Source of the DNA: a virus
Lineage: Duplodnaviria; Caudoviricetes
Virus record (IMG/VR): IMGVR_UViG_3300012936_000015
Location: 1 to 58,420 of that record
Direction: 5' to 3' (one strand)
Length of the DNA stretch: 58,420 nucleotides
The notes below the pieces were generated by a model that worked only from the letters and a program-made list of their open reading frames with translations, had not been told where the DNA came from and did no database searches. The translations under genes were made by a program, and so were the position numbers. Shown here piece after piece: positions 56,364-58,420 of the stretch (its first letter is position 1; the number at the start of each line of letters is the position of its first letter).

Positions 56364-56617
56364 TCACTACATAAAAAAGCTTTAACACATAAAGAGGAAA
56401 GAGACCACCCCCGAACGCGTGCCGATTTACACAAATAAAACATAGTGAAAAGCTCTAATATAATTGACTGAATAACAGATATAAACAACACAAAGTTTAT
56501 AAAATGTTAAAATTTATTTTTTATTTCGTGTTTTTTCTTTGTTTTAATCGAGAATTAAACTATATTTAAACAATTATTAATCGGAGGGACTATAACCCTC
56601 GTAAAATTTTTAAAATT

Positions 56618-57247
56618 ATGAGAAATTTATTAGAGTTAGAGACTACAATCCTAACAGAAAATCAAACATTAAGAAACGGGTTCAGAGTTGAGGAAATCAA
56701 CGAGAATCTAAATCAAATTTTTGCCGGTGGACTATCTAAGTTCAATTCATCTGTAAAAATGGCGAAAGTAGTCAAGAAATCAATGGACTTTTTTAATTCT
56801 GAGGAGTGTCAAAATCAGTTAAATGAGGAGGGCATTTCGTGGACTAAGGAAGAGTTTTTTATGAAGTTATTTGGGTGGAAGAGGGCATTTGGTTACAAAA
56901 TGCTAAAACTTGCAGAGGTTCATCCGAGTACAATTAGAAGTTTTGTGAACAAAATGCAAACACTCAGAGATAATGGAGAAGACACCAAAGAGACCTCAAT
57001 AAGTGTTGAAAATTGTTTGAAGTTTGTTCGAGGTGGTGGAGAAGAAACCAACAACGAACCGACCACACCAAACCCAACCACTTTGCAAATGGTTTGCTTA
57101 ATAGACGGGATGAAGAAAAAAGTTGTAGTTAAATTAAACGGACAAATTAAGTGTGATTTAACAGATGAACAACTTGAGTTACAAATTGAAGTTTTAAAGC
57201 AAATTGTACTAAATAACCAAGCAGAACGCGAGGGGATGGGAAATTAA
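56618..57247 (+). CDS. Hypothetical early protein
   Basis: 209 aa; first gene of the + arc; AAAATTATG leader. Confidence 0.85.
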   Translation: MRNLLELETTILTENQTLRNGFRVEEINENLNQIFAGGLSKFNSSVKMAKVVKKSMDFFNSEECQNQLNEEGISWTKEEFFMKLFGWKRAFGYKMLKLAEVHPSTIRSFVNKMQTLRDNGEDTKETSISVENCLKFVRGGGEETNNEPTTPNPTTLQMVCLIDGMKKKVVVKLNGQIKCDLTDEQLELQIEVLKQIVLNNQAEREGMGN

Positions 57248-57278
57248 ATAAATCAATAACAAATTAAATTTAAAAATT

Positions 57279-58274
57279 ATGAATAATTCAATCGGTATAA
57301 CATACCAAAACACAGGACTAACGAGCCGAGGAACTTTAAGAAGTTATCACTCGAGCCCGAGCCCTAACTTTATTAATAAAACCCCTTATAACGTTGATTT
57401 ACGTGGGTTAAAACCAACAGAGAAACGAAGACTGTTAACTTTTGAGGGTGGCGAATTTCACTCAAATTATGCAGTCGGCTTTGAAATTGAAAAGACCTAT
57501 TTCAACAGATTTGAAAACAACGATAGAGGTTCAAGAATCGGAGAACTTGCACTTTTTAAGGGGTTCGAACTTGATTCGAGTTGTGGAGTTGAAGCAATTA
57601 CCCACATTTTACCATTGCTTCCTCGAGGCTTATGGAGAAATAAGGTTTACAATATGTTTCACCAAGCTAAGCACATTTTAGAGGATGAATTTTCACCGAG
57701 TAATTCAGATTGTGGTGGACACATTACTTTATCTTGTAAGGGGTTAACGTCAACGGAGTTATTCGAAAAAGTAGCTAAATACTCAGGTCTAATTATGAGC
57801 CTTTACCGAATGAGGTTAACTAACCCTTATTGTAACCATAATATGACCTTTAGAACCTCTAACTATGATTGGATTAATGGGACACTGAGCCGAACCGGTC
57901 GCAGAAATACGCGTATTTCCTCATATAAGTACGCGTTCTGTAAATTGGGCACAAATGGAACGATTGAATTCAGAGTTCCCCCAAGAGTTACCGGAGTCAA
58001 GCAGTTAATGAAAAGATACGAATTATTTTATGAGTTGATTGATTGTGCCGTTAATGAGGTTGGTTGGTCTAAGTTTATGAACCGAGTTAAGCCGATTATA
58101 TTATCAATGTATCCGGACAATGAGAACAAAGCGAAGTTAATTCTTAGCCAAGCGAAGTATTTTCAAAGGTTCATTAATACTAACGGACTGAGAACCTCTG
58201 AAGTAACAGATATTTATATGGAGTGTAACACTCCAGAGAGACAAGAAAAGAGAAAAGAGTGGTTCAGATTGTGA
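57279..58274 (+). CDS. Putative amidoligase (COOH-NH2 ligase, glutamine-synthetase-like fold)
   Basis: GFEIE, D-S-S...E, CGGHI, KY and TIEFR motifs; next gene across the junction is the GATase-GGCT. Confidence 0.8.
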   Translation: MNNSIGITYQNTGLTSRGTLRSYHSSPSPNFINKTPYNVDLRGLKPTEKRRLLTFEGGEFHSNYAVGFEIEKTYFNRFENNDRGSRIGELALFKGFELDSSCGVEAITHILPLLPRGLWRNKVYNMFHQAKHILEDEFSPSNSDCGGHITLSCKGLTSTELFEKVAKYSGLIMSLYRMRLTNPYCNHNMTFRTSNYDWINGTLSRTGRRNTRISSYKYAFCKLGTNGTIEFRVPPRVTGVKQLMKRYELFYELIDCAVNEVGWSKFMNRVKPIILSMYPDNENKAKLILSQAKYFQRFINTNGLRTSEVTDIYMECNTPERQEKRKEWFRL

Positions 58275-58298
58275 ATCACTTTTTTAATTCTTTTAAAT

Positions 58299-58325
58299 GG
58301 GGGGACTTTGTCCCCCTTTTTTTTT
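58299..58325 (+). terminator. Rho-independent terminator
   Basis: GGGGGAC-TTT-GTCCCCC plus T9. Confidence 0.88.
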
Positions 58326-58328
58326 GGC

Positions 58329-58351
58329 TAAATGTATCTTTAAAGAGACAC
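58329..58351. repeat. Quasi-palindrome TAAATGTATCTTTAAAGAGACAC (direct repeat of 79-101)
   Basis: Exact 23-bp match. Confidence 0.9.
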
Positions 58352-58420
58352 CACACACCACACCACACCACACACCACACCACACACCACACACCACACC
58401 AAACACCACACCACACACAC
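58349..58420 (+). repeat. Irregular (CCACA/CCACACA)n array
   Basis: 72 bp composed only of C and A, running to the window end. Confidence 0.92.

Noticed and set aside
56282-56491. 69-aa - strand ORF
   Set aside because: No ATG start; translation simply reflects the G-run tract of the non-coding divergence region.
1-58420. Prophage/integrase, diversity-generating retroelement, introns/inteins or stop-codon recoding
   Set aside because: No recombinase, reverse transcriptase or host genes recognised; core genes are uninterrupted in the standard code, and TAA, TAG and TGA all serve as stops.

Overview
This window looks like a complete, circularly permuted ~58.4-kb genome of a lytic podovirus-type phage of Bacteroidota, probably a marine flavobacterial host. 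The host call rests on many TAnnTTTG (-7)/TTTG (-33) promoters, A-rich leaders without Shine-Dalgarno sites, and a VirE-N/BT4734-like primase. Gene content resembles chaperonin-encoding Cellulophaga phi38:1-like phages; this is recalled similarity, not a search result. The + strand arc (56618-58274, continuing 498-12934) carries early and replication genes: amidoligase, GATase-GGCT fusion, Sak3-like recombinase, exonuclease, primase-helicase, SF2 helicase, VRR-NUC, two DnaA-domain-IV proteins and a phosphoesterase. The - strand arc (56083 to 12939) carries groEL/groES, many tiny Lys-rich proteins, a lysis/envelope cassette, terminase, portal, scaffold, capsid, tail and ejection proteins, including a 2915-aa polyvalent protein. 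I recognised no integrase, DNA polymerase, RNA polymerase, tRNA or CRISPR array. The most notable observations are: (i) an outer-membrane barrel, an LDLa/T9SS-like secreted protein and a Cys-less thioredoxin at the head of the lysis operon; (ii) two ~150-bp origin-like modules with near-identical motif spacing; (iii) a dispersed GTGTC(TC)TTTAAAGA(GA)CAC palindrome family that flanks a telomere-like (CCACA)n array at the contig junction; and (iv) an amidoligase/GATase/GGCT peptide-modification module. All product calls come from motif reading by eye.
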